Positions 50,371 to 59,445 of a stretch of DNA of 64,000 bases are shown here, piece after piece. The first letter of the stretch is position 1, and the number at the start of each line of letters is the position of its first letter. The notes beneath the pieces are model-generated. The model saw only the letters and a list, made by a program, of their open reading frames with translations. It made no database searches and had not been told where the DNA came from. The position numbers and the translations under genes are program-made. Source of the DNA: Mucilaginibacter sp. (GTDB taxonomy: Bacteria > Bacteroidota > Bacteroidia > Sphingobacteriales > Sphingobacteriaceae); assembly GCF_039207105.1 (NCBI RefSeq), contig NZ_JBCECK010000012.1, positions 2,632-66,631 on the forward strand. Direction: 5' to 3'.

Positions 50371-51567
50371 TTAATGTTCTTCAATAAAATGAGGCTTGGC
50401 AGCCTTTCTGCCAAAAATGGTCATCACGATTATCATTAGCATTAAGAAGTAAAAAGAGCTATGCCAGGACACATCCCAATCGTGCAATATCCCGAAAACA
50501 GGTGGCCCAAAAGCCGCTATCAGATAACCTATTGATTGTGCTTTTCCCGAAATTTTAATGGTTCCGTGCATCGTCTTGCTTTTCAGCGAGAAAAACAGAA
50601 TGGAAAGGCTAAAAGCTAATCCGCTTGACATGCCGATCAAAACAGCCGTCAGATAGATGTATTGTACTTTCAGTATAGTTAACATGCTTATCCCTATAAA
50701 CATTAGCAAACCAACACCATAGATCATCGATTTCTGGTCTTTCAGTTTAGATGCAATAACAGGGCTAATGAACATAACCGGCAGCATGGCCAACTGGATA
50801 ATCAAAAGCACCATTCCTGTTTCTGATTTTTTCATGCCGTAGTCAACCAACACTACAGGTAATAAAGCTACCAGGCAATAATAAACCAAAGACTGAATAC
50901 CCATAAAAATACTGATGTTCCAGGCCTGTTTTGACCGGAATACATTAAATCCGCTTTTAGGTGCCTCCGCAGTAGTTCTTTTTGAGGGTTTATGCCCACC
51001 GAAAAATGTTTCTATAGCAACAGCAAAAAGAGCCAGTAAAGCCCATGCTATCCAAACACTCAACGAACCTTTCCAGCCTGAATTTGTCCATTTTCCGATG
51101 GCAACGCTAAAGCCCGAAGCCAGGGCTGCCACTAAGTTCATCGCAACAGAAAATACGCCGGTCATCATGCCGACCTTTTCAGGAAACAGATTTTTGATGT
51201 AAGCAGGTGCTGTTACATTGCCGATACAAATTCCAAAACCCAGTAATAGTGAACCGAAGTATAACATGCCTACACTGCCGGAAGCCCGGAGGTATAAACC
51301 CATGATCAGGAATATCAGTGAATAAATTAAACTGTAATGAATATTCGCTTTAACGGCAATCCTGCTTACCAAAACAGAACAGCTTGCAAATACGATCAAA
51401 GGAATAGAAGTGAGTAAACTCCCCTGGATATTATTTAGCCCCAATGCTGCTTTTATTTCACTGAGTACCGGACTGACCGCCGTAATGGGTGAACGCAGAT
51501 CGCCTGCGATCAGTATAATGACTGCCACACTCAATATCGACAGCCCGATTTTATTTTTTTTGTCCAT
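50371..51567 (-). CDS. CynX/NimT family MFS transporter
   Basis: DLRSPITAVSP; LLTSIPL; WKGSL.VW; MGIQSLVYY; GYLIAAFGP. Confidence 0.88.
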   Translation of the reverse strand: MDKKNKIGLSILSVAVIILIAGDLRSPITAVSPVLSEIKAALGLNNIQGSLLTSIPLIVFASCSVLVSRIAVKANIHYSLIYSLIFLIMGLYLRASGSVGMLYFGSLLLGFGICIGNVTAPAYIKNLFPEKVGMMTGVFSVAMNLVAALASGFSVAIGKWTNSGWKGSLSVWIAWALLALFAVAIETFFGGHKPSKRTTAEAPKSGFNVFRSKQAWNISIFMGIQSLVYYCLVALLPVVLVDYGMKKSETGMVLLIIQLAMLPVMFISPVIASKLKDQKSMIYGVGLLMFIGISMLTILKVQYIYLTAVLIGMSSGLAFSLSILFFSLKSKTMHGTIKISGKAQSIGYLIAAFGPPVFGILHDWDVSWHSSFYFLMLMIIVMTIFGRKAAKPHFIEEH

Positions 51568-51597
51568 TTTAATTACGTTTATTTTACTAATAGTTTC

Positions 51598-51663
51598 TTC
51601 GGGCTGTATGCAATACCCATACAGCCCGAAACAAAATTAGTATTGGCGGTTTTATTAACTTTG
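51598..51663. promoter_or_regulatory. Divergent promoters plus a 13-bp leader hairpin
   Basis: -7 TAATTTTG on - (51632-39) and TAACTTTG on + (51656-63); hairpin TTCGGGCTGTATG/CATACAGCCCGAA (51598-51630). Confidence 0.6.
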
Positions 51664-51674
51664 CCAAAAATGAT

Positions 51675-52469
51675 ATGCAGAACGACAATCGTAAATCATT
51701 GGAAGGGAGTCAAGATAAGTATGCAGCTGATACCTTGACAGATACCTATGTATGGTATGAGGGTAATTGGCGACATGAGGAATATAAGCATACGCATCAG
51801 CGTTACCAGCTAACTTTTGTAGAGGAGGGGTACCAATATTTTTACATCGGGCAAAAAATATATCTTGTCCCGCAAAACCATGTTATCTGGATACCTTCGG
51901 GCTTGGCACACCGCGCCGCGTCTGAAGCAAAAACGGTCAATTTAATGCTGGTGTTGTTTAAATCCGTTCCCAATGAGGGTTTTTATGAGCAGGTGCACGT
52001 TTTTCCTGCACCTGCTGTATTAAAAGAAATGCTCTTGTACGCTTCCAAATGGAATAAGTTGGTTACTGAAGATGAAGAACAAGCGCTTTTTCTGAAAGCA
52101 ATGCTTAAAAGCCTGCCATATTTTTGCAATGAAAACAACGCCTTGCAAATTCCTGTACCTGCCGATATCCGTTTAATCCCTGTATGTAATTATATCAACG
52201 CCAATTATCAGTATAATTTTGATAGTGACGAACTTGCGGATATGGCAAAAATGTCTGTCCGCAGCTTACAGCGAATCTTTAAAAAAGAAACAGGTATTAC
52301 GCTGCAGAAATATATGCAGTTAATACGCATTTTAAAAAGCATTGAATTGATGGATATCAAACAATACACACTTAGTCAAATTGCTTTTAAGATAGGGTAT
52401 AAAAGTCTGTCGGCTTTTACTTCCTCGTATTTTGCTGTTATGAAATCAAAACCTAAATCAAGGAATTGA
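51675..52469 (+). CDS. Cupin-AraC regulator (NimR/YeaM-like)
   Basis: HTHQRYQL..VEEG; WIPSG..H; MSVRSLQRIFKKETG; GYKSLSAF; divergent from the NimT-like MFS. Confidence 0.9.
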   Translation: MQNDNRKSLEGSQDKYAADTLTDTYVWYEGNWRHEEYKHTHQRYQLTFVEEGYQYFYIGQKIYLVPQNHVIWIPSGLAHRAASEAKTVNLMLVLFKSVPNEGFYEQVHVFPAPAVLKEMLLYASKWNKLVTEDEEQALFLKAMLKSLPYFCNENNALQIPVPADIRLIPVCNYINANYQYNFDSDELADMAKMSVRSLQRIFKKETGITLQKYMQLIRILKSIELMDIKQYTLSQIAFKIGYKSLSAFTSSYFAVMKSKPKSRN

Positions 52470-52579
52470 TAACGTCATTGTGCGTTCAAAACCCTGGTTT
52501 TATCGTGTTTTGAAAAGGTTTAAATACGCGTAGCGGATAAATTCACAGTTTTTAATTAACTTAGGTGCCTATTTAATTT

Positions 52580-53875
52580 ATGTCTCCGATCCCTCCGTTT
52601 TTCAGCCGTATCCGTGAATTCGTGAGTGGTCCGCCGGGGGCATTCCCGTTAACGGTACGTATCTTTCATTCTGTGCTGGCCATCAGTATGGCAGCCCTGG
52701 CTTATAATGTTCCGTTAAATTTTGCGGTAGGTTTACCCAAGATCGCGCTGGCCAGCGCGGTTACCTTGGCATTAGTTGTTTATCTCTTTTATCTGTCTCG
52801 TTTCGGCGGGCGGACGACGCCGGCCAGGTTGGTGTATTGTTTACTGGGTACCAGTCTGTTTGTAGCCAATTTCTTTTTGAACTCCGGTATTGATGGCCCC
52901 ACAGGTTACTTCTTTGTGCTGATGCTGGTTGTGATGGTCGCCATTGTTCCTGTAAGCGAATATTGGTATTGGGTAGGCAGTAACGTCACCTTGCTGGCAG
53001 GTTTGCATTTGCTGCAGTTTATGCGCCCGGATTTAATTCCCTTTACTTATCAGCAACGAGCGGATCGTTTCATCGATATGACCTCAGCTTATATAACGGT
53101 TGTGGTTATTGTACTGGCCTGTTTTTATATTATCCGGAAACGTTATGACAGCGAGCGGCTGGAAGCCCAGCAGAATGCGGCTAAGCTGCGGGTATTGGAC
53201 GCGGAAAAAAATAAGCTTTTTTCAATTATCTCGCATGATTTGCGCAGCCCCCTGTCTTTGATACAAAACTATCTGGAAATGCTTGCTGAATTCGATTTGT
53301 CAGAAACCGAACGCCGGGAAATTAAAGCACAGTTACTCCAATCTACGCGCGGCACCTTAGATATGGTCAATAATGTACTGTATTGGTCAACCAGTCAGAT
53401 GAGCGGCGGAGAAGTAAAGAGGGCGCATCTGGTGTTGGCTGATTTGTTGTCGCCGCAACTGCAATTGTTTCAGGCCATTGCGGCCCGTAAAAATATCCGG
53501 CTGGAAAGCGTGTTCGCGGAAAACACGACCATCCTGAGCAGCGCTGATATGATTCAATTGATTATACGGAATTTGCTGAATAATGCCATCAAATTTACTG
53601 CCCCCGGTGGTCACATTTATTTGTATGCCAGCCGTAATGGTTCAACCTGTTTGTTGACTATAAAGGATAGCGGCAATGGAAAACCCGCCGCTTTGAGCGA
53701 AAATATCTTTGAATTGAGTTCCGGTACCGTCAAAGGCACCGCCAATGAAAGTGGTGTGGGCCTGGGATTGGTGCTATGCCGTGAATACACCATGCTGTTG
53801 GGTGGGCGCATCTGGTTTAATTGCGATGAAAAAAGCGGTACTACCTTTTTTGTGGAATTGCCCGCTACAAACTAA
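52580..53875 (+). CDS. Membrane sensor histidine kinase (orphan)
   Basis: Multi-TM N-terminus; SHDLRSP H-box; RNLLNNAIKFT; DSGNG; GVGLGL. Confidence 0.92.
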   Translation: MSPIPPFFSRIREFVSGPPGAFPLTVRIFHSVLAISMAALAYNVPLNFAVGLPKIALASAVTLALVVYLFYLSRFGGRTTPARLVYCLLGTSLFVANFFLNSGIDGPTGYFFVLMLVVMVAIVPVSEYWYWVGSNVTLLAGLHLLQFMRPDLIPFTYQQRADRFIDMTSAYITVVVIVLACFYIIRKRYDSERLEAQQNAAKLRVLDAEKNKLFSIISHDLRSPLSLIQNYLEMLAEFDLSETERREIKAQLLQSTRGTLDMVNNVLYWSTSQMSGGEVKRAHLVLADLLSPQLQLFQAIAARKNIRLESVFAENTTILSSADMIQLIIRNLLNNAIKFTAPGGHIYLYASRNGSTCLLTIKDSGNGKPAALSENIFELSSGTVKGTANESGVGLGLVLCREYTMLLGGRIWFNCDEKSGTTFFVELPATN

Positions 53876-53893
53876 TAAAGTACTTCGGTCATT

Positions 53894-55186
53894 TCATAGC
53901 CCGTCATCAGGCGATACACGTTTTAGAATATACGACAGTAAGACTGCAAACAAAACGTAGCCCGCAAAAATAAAATACCCGGGTTGCAATGAGGTTCCGT
54001 TAGTTGTGACCACATTCAGGAAGTTATTGTGGATATTCAGGCTGGCAAGCTGGCTTTTCAAGATGCCGTTCAAGCCGATATAGGTCATAAGCATACCGAC
54101 GATCATCACATCAGACATGTCCCATTTGCCCAATTCAAAAGTGAGATACCGAACTGTGCTGTTACGGGCCATCTTTTTGGGGCTGAGCACATAGACTCCT
54201 TTGGCGATGAGTCGCAAAAGGGGCAGTATTAGTATAAATAATAAAATAAGTATCCCAACTGCAATGGCGTCTGGTTTGGGCTGCCCGATCAACGTTTTAA
54301 CGATGCCAAGTATACTTTTGCTTTGATAAAATAGCACTTGGTTTTTAAATTCCACCTTGCCATTCAGTAATTCCAGATCCAGGGATTGGATGCGGGCATC
54401 CACTTCGATTACCGGTAAAAGGCTGCCCGTGATCAGCATTACGAACGCAAACAACAAGGAAAAAATGAATAGCGGTGTTTGTAAATGCACTTTCTTGTGC
54501 AGGGTAAACCAAAACAGCAGCGCAACCAGTACGCAACCCAGCATAATACACACATATTGAATGAGCTGCGTTTTAAGTGTGTCCAGCTTTTGATTGATAC
54601 GCTGGTTAAAGGCCTCCGGGTTTGATATCTTGTATTTTTTATACACATATTTGGTCACCTTGTAATTAGCCACACTGACGCTGTCATAGATCTGCCTTGT
54701 AAGCTGGTGTACTTTGCTGCCCGCAATGTTTTTCAGACGGGCTTCACTTTCGGGGCTACTAATCTTAGCCACAATGGTCTTGGCGAAGGGCCTCACCTGT
54801 GCCTGTAGTTCAGCTGAATCTACAAGTGTATTAAAGGCTAACTTTTTCAGCTTAGCACCAAGTCCTTTTTGCGGTTGGTTGATCTCAGCTACCGTTTTAC
54901 TCACCAGCCCATGCATTTCCTTTTCCACCATGATCAGGAGGTCTTTCTGCTGCGCTTTTGTGATATGGTAATCCTGTATTTGGTCGCTCAGCACAGCTGT
55001 GATACGGTCGCGCCATTGATCAATGGAGAACAACCCGAAAGTAACGCTGTTGGCCAGGCTGTAATCTTCTTTAACCTGCTCACGCTCGGCGGAGATGCTG
55101 GCCAGCCGGTAACCTGCATAAGCAGCTCCGGCCAGTAATAAACTAAGCCCGGCAAGCATGATTATATTTGATATCGTATATTTCAT
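53894..55186 (-). CDS. pqiA: PqiA-domain membrane protein with a large periplasmic helical region
   Basis: ILILPLLR; GKWDMSDV; LQPGY; about 6 TM segments. Confidence 0.75.
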   Translation of the reverse strand: MKYTISNIIMLAGLSLLLAGAAYAGYRLASISAEREQVKEDYSLANSVTFGLFSIDQWRDRITAVLSDQIQDYHITKAQQKDLLIMVEKEMHGLVSKTVAEINQPQKGLGAKLKKLAFNTLVDSAELQAQVRPFAKTIVAKISSPESEARLKNIAGSKVHQLTRQIYDSVSVANYKVTKYVYKKYKISNPEAFNQRINQKLDTLKTQLIQYVCIMLGCVLVALLFWFTLHKKVHLQTPLFIFSLLFAFVMLITGSLLPVIEVDARIQSLDLELLNGKVEFKNQVLFYQSKSILGIVKTLIGQPKPDAIAVGILILLFILILPLLRLIAKGVYVLSPKKMARNSTVRYLTFELGKWDMSDVMIVGMLMTYIGLNGILKSQLASLNIHNNFLNVVTTNGTSLQPGYFIFAGYVLFAVLLSYILKRVSPDDGL

Positions 55187-56488
55187 TTAGTGGGTATCAT
55201 GCGGGGTGATATATTTAAGAATAGTTGATAAGATCAACCCATACAGTACAAAACTGATAAAAACGATATAGCCCGGCTGTAACGCCGTATTATTGGTAGT
55301 GATCAGCGTTAACTCCTGGCCACGGATATTTAGTAAAGCAAGCTGTTTATCCAAAAGACCATTCAAACCGATATAGGTCATTAGTATAGCGATCACGATC
55401 ACATCGGCCATGCTCCATTTGCCTGATTGAAAAGCAAAATATTTGATGAAACGGTTTTCGGCCAGTTTCTTTTTACTGAGTAAATGAATGCCGGTGGAGC
55501 TGAGCTTAGTGACCGGGAACAGAATGCTGAAGCAAAGTATAAGTATGCCCACGGCAATCGAATCAAGAGCAGGCTGTTTTACCAATACCTCCACTACACC
55601 CAGAATACTCTTGCTTTCGTAAAACAGCACCTGGTCTTTAAATGTCACATGTTCACCCAGCAATACAAAATCCAGTGCTTTGATGCGACAGTCAACCTCG
55701 ATCATTGAAGCGCTCAAACCAACCGCGAGCAGGATAAACGCGAACATTAGCGACATGATAAACAACGTACCATGCAGCTCGGTACGCTTGCGCAAAATCC
55801 ACCATAAAGCCAGCACAGCGATAATACAGGCGAGCATTAAAAAACAAAAACGGTACATACTTACTCGAATTTCTTCTAACGTACGGTCAAGTTTCTGGTT
55901 TAACTCCTCTTTTGAATGAACCTGGTATTTTTTAAACATACTGTTAAACAGCGCATGATTGGCCTGCAAAGTGCTGTCTACACTTTCTGTATGCTGCAGT
56001 TCGGTAAACTTCCCCAGGGCCAAGTTACTCAACTTGGACTTTTGGTGGGGGTTGTCGGCCTTAGCGATGATGGAGCGGGCAAAAGCGGGAACCTGTGCCT
56101 TAACCTTATCAGTTTTGACAAAGGATTTGATAGCAAACTTTCGGATCTTTCCGACCAGACTTTTCGGTTTCTTCTCAACCATTGCCTCGGCCTTGTTGAT
56201 CAGGGCGTAAAGTACCGACTCAACCTCAGTTTGCAATTCCTGTTTCTGTTTGGAGGTCAATTTGAAATGTTTTACCTGCCGGTTCACGATGCCTGCAACC
56301 TCATCCCGCCATTGTTCTACAGACAAAAGACCATAAGAAATATTATTGACCGTGGAATGGTCAAGCTTGATCATTTCTTGTTGCTTAGATAGCTCGTGCA
56401 GTCTGTAACTAAAAAAGCCTTCCAGGCCCAGCAAAACAGCAAGACCAAGAATCAAAAGTATTTTCGGGAGATATTGCTTATTACTCAA
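55187..56488 (-). CDS. pqiA: PqiA-domain membrane protein (paralog, abuts the next gene)
   Basis: FSILFPVTK; GKWSMADV; LQPGY. Confidence 0.78.
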   Translation of the reverse strand: MSNKQYLPKILLILGLAVLLGLEGFFSYRLHELSKQQEMIKLDHSTVNNISYGLLSVEQWRDEVAGIVNRQVKHFKLTSKQKQELQTEVESVLYALINKAEAMVEKKPKSLVGKIRKFAIKSFVKTDKVKAQVPAFARSIIAKADNPHQKSKLSNLALGKFTELQHTESVDSTLQANHALFNSMFKKYQVHSKEELNQKLDRTLEEIRVSMYRFCFLMLACIIAVLALWWILRKRTELHGTLFIMSLMFAFILLAVGLSASMIEVDCRIKALDFVLLGEHVTFKDQVLFYESKSILGVVEVLVKQPALDSIAVGILILCFSILFPVTKLSSTGIHLLSKKKLAENRFIKYFAFQSGKWSMADVIVIAILMTYIGLNGLLDKQLALLNIRGQELTLITTNNTALQPGYIVFISFVLYGLILSTILKYITPHDTH

Positions 56489-56535
56489 GGCTTAAATAGT
56501 GATGACTGTTCTTATGTAGTAGTTAAAATATATAC

Positions 56536-56590
56536 AACATCATAATAAAACAAGGGCATCCTATTGATGCCCTTGTTTTATTATGATGTT
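56536..56590. terminator. 25-bp perfect hairpin
   Basis: AACATCATAATAAAACAAGGGCATC-ctatt-GATGCCCTTGTTTTATTATGATGTT. Confidence 0.65.
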
Positions 56591-56598
56591 ACAATGAT

Positions 56599-56754
56599 TT
56601 AAGCAGAGATCATCTGTAAAAAGGCTGCTTGCCTAATTTCAGGTTTCTGCATTTTTCTGATATCTTTTGCCAGTATGGATTTTAGTTCGCGGTCTATCGC
56701 TTTCAGTATGTTTTTTGTTTGGATTGCCGATATTTTTGTTGTTGTCCTTTTCAT
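56599..56754 (-). CDS. Small basic 51-aa hypothetical protein
   Basis: MKRTTTKISAIQTKNILKAIDRELKSILAKDIRKMQKPEIRQAAFLQMISA; A-rich leader; stop 8 nt before the hairpin; below the track cutoff. Confidence 0.55.
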   Translation of the reverse strand: MKRTTTKISAIQTKNILKAIDRELKSILAKDIRKMQKPEIRQAAFLQMISA

Positions 56755-56913
56755 AGCCGTAGTTTAGTTGTTTACTACTTATAGTAAATATAATGCCAAT
56801 GCTTAGGGAGATGCATAGGCGCATTTCCAAACACTGATTTTGTCTCGTTTACTATACACTTTATGTAATGATATATGTTAACCGGGCCAGATAAGAAACG
56901 GTCTTTTTATACA

Positions 56914-58083
56914 TTATCGCAGTAGGTTCATCAATAATTCGTCTTTCAATTGCCCGGCCTTTGCAGGCAGATCGCCGGGAAATAAGGTGCCGATATTGGT
57001 TGAAATAAAAACATAGGTTTTAGCGGCCGGGATATATAATAAGATACAACCTGCCCCAATGCCGCCGCCGGAATGCCCATAAGCCTGAATGCCGCCTGCT
57101 TCAAAAAACTCGAGGCCTAACCCGTAAACCGGTTTGCCGTCAGCACCGTTTACCCATTGGAGCATTTCTTTAAGCGAGGCTTTGGAAACCAGTTCTCCTT
57201 CCGTTCACCCTTTTAAAAATTTCACCGCGTCAACCGGTGTGCAAACTATTCCATCATCGCCGATATAAGATGCTACATTAGCACGTTGAATAGCTGAAAT
57301 ATTCGCGGGCTTACCTGTATTTAATACGTCCCAATAGGAGTCGGTCAGATTAGGGTAATGCAGGTAGTCAGGATCATTGCGGTAAAAGGTATTGCGGAGC
57401 CCAAGCTTTTCAAAAATGTGTTTCGCTATATAAGCAGCATGATCTCCGGTAATGGCATCGGCTATTACCGCAAGCAACTCATAATTGGTGTTGCAGTAAA
57501 CATGTTTTGAACCGGGTGCAAACATCGGTTCCTTACCTTTAATAGTGCCGATAACAAATTCGGTTGTCAGTTTGTGTGCCGGGTGCTCCATCACATAAGC
57601 AACAAAACCCGGATCGGTCGAGTATTCCGGTATTCCCGAAGTATGGTTCAGCAGCATGCGCACAGTGATAGCAGCCGCATTTTTTACTATGCCGGTGTAC
57701 TTTGCAGGCAAATACTTTTTGATAGGAGCGTCCAGATTTATCTTTCCCGCTTCCTTAAGCTGCATAATGGCTACTGCCATATAAGTTTTTGAAACGCTTT
57801 GCAGGTATTGCAGATCACAGTTTTCCATTGGCCTCTTCCGTTCTATGTTTGCATAACCCTCGGCACCGGCCCACCAACCATCCTTTTCAGAATAGACTGC
57901 CATGACGATGCCGGGTAATCCGGTTTTGACATATCTTTTCATAATGTCGTGCAGGCTATCTGATTTTGCATAGTTGTTATTAATTGGCACGACGATGCGG
58001 CAATTGTGGATGGTTTTGTTCTGTGCATTCAGGGTAATGATGTTCAAAATAACAGTAACCCAGGTTAGTAAAATCCTTTTCAT
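56914..58083 (-). pseudogene. Beta-lactamase-fold serine hydrolase interrupted by an in-frame TGA (57205-57207)
   Basis: Signal peptide MKRILL; SVSK; YCN; reading continues in frame KG*TEGELVSKASLKEMLQW to YGHSGG. Confidence 0.85.
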
Positions 58084-58101
58084 TTTGATAATTTTTTGAC
58101 G

Positions 58102-58222
58102 CAAAATTATTTTGGACACCTGCCGATATCAAGGATGAAGAATGTGTTTCCCGGTGAATTGTAGCAGGTTTTCCGCTGAAATGAAGTTGGGGTTGACGAG
58201 CTGTAATGAATTTGCCTTTGAA
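58102..58222 (-). promoter_or_regulatory. Serine hydrolase promoter with candidate LytTR repeats
   Basis: -7 TAATTTTG (58102-09), -33 CTTG 20 nt upstream; TTCA-core repeats at about 19-22 nt spacing directly upstream. Confidence 0.5.
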
Positions 58223-59044
58223 TTAAACCTGTTCAAACCAGTTTTTAAAGTCGGGTGCTTTTGTTCGGCTAACCTGTATTGAGGAGGGTAAATAATCGGA
58301 TCCGGAAATGCTGACGCTCAGCTTCCCGTTTTCGATCTTTGTATAGCCCCCAACGATGCTGCGTTGAACAATGTACTGCCTGTTCAACCTGAAAAATAGT
58401 TCCGGTGGTAACTGTTGCTCAATCCGGTCCAGCGACTTATCCAGCAAATACCTTTTTTCAGCGGTCGTAATCACCGCGGTGTAGTCATCATCGGCAAAAA
58501 ACGCTGCGATAGAATCAAACGCCAGCACCAGATGTTGGCGGCCATCTTTTACAGTAAAGCCTTCTGTCCTTACTTGTTTATCCGCTATCCTGAGCCGTTC
58601 CAACTGCCGCATGGCATGGTAATAATATAATGCAATGTAAATGCCGTTCAGTACAAAAAACCAGATCAGGAAAATAAACAAATCGTACCGGTAAAAGCTT
58701 GCCGGAACCGGTGCTTGCGTTGCTATCAGGTTTGCCAGTTCTGTTAAGATAATGATAACAACCAGGCCGGTTAATGATGTAAGTATGAGTTGTAGGGTGA
58801 TGCGTTTTAAGGGTCCGGATGCGTAAGGCATCTTTTTATCAAGGTATAGGATCACCAGCCTGAAGCACCACCATGCCGCGTAGCCATCCACAGTATCGAT
58901 AAGAAAAGTTATAAGGGTATGGGTATTAAAACTGATGTTGGTATAAGTGAGATAATAATTAAGTGCGTTGACCACAGGAATAAGCACCAGGAAAAAAGGG
59001 ACATCATGGTACCGGATCGGTTCTTCCTGTTTTTTTGATATCAT
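58223..59044 (-). CDS. Membrane-anchored LytTR regulator (4 TM + LytTR, no receiver domain)
   Basis: Four hydrophobic helices, then IAAFFADDDYT, SLDRIEQQLP..FFRLNRQYIV, VSR.KAPDFKNW. Confidence 0.85.
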   Translation of the reverse strand: MISKKQEEPIRYHDVPFFLVLIPVVNALNYYLTYTNISFNTHTLITFLIDTVDGYAAWWCFRLVILYLDKKMPYASGPLKRITLQLILTSLTGLVVIIILTELANLIATQAPVPASFYRYDLFIFLIWFFVLNGIYIALYYYHAMRQLERLRIADKQVRTEGFTVKDGRQHLVLAFDSIAAFFADDDYTAVITTAEKRYLLDKSLDRIEQQLPPELFFRLNRQYIVQRSIVGGYTKIENGKLSVSISGSDYLPSSIQVSRTKAPDFKNWFEQV

Positions 59045-59445
59045 GGCGAGCTTTACACTGAAATATTATTAAAGGGCTATATACAGAGGTGAATAATCGT
59101 TGACGAAAAAAAGCTTTAAGAATGTCTGGAAATCAGTAAAGCTTTTCTGATAAAGATAAATAATTTACAGGATAACGCTATCTGTAGAAAAATTGCTCAA
59201 AATACTTAGTCAATTCGGAGTAGGGTCGATATTCCACTTTCGCTTCCCGCCTAATGAAAAGGCGACTCAGCGGAGTTGGAGAATTATTGATATATGATCA
59301 ATTTAATTTTAAAGTAATGGGTATAAAATATTCTAAAACCGCACAGGTATATGTTCGGTTCTGTTACGATTTGTAATTCGGGATATTGTCTATGTTTTTA
59401 CATATCAGTAAGTTGTAAATTTGGAATAAGGATTGAGCATATAAG

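Noticed and set aside
56639-56830. Track ORF MEMRLCIS..
   Set aside because: The overlapping 51-aa frame has a better start context and ends at the hairpin
57205-57207. TGA as selenocysteine
   Set aside because: Position is in a non-catalytic helix where a hydrophobic residue fits, no SECIS-like hairpin follows, and no sel genes are in view
59245-59275. Hammerhead-like words (CTAATGA; CTGA..GAAA on -)
   Set aside because: The CUGANGA core is broken and the three-stem junction cannot be formed
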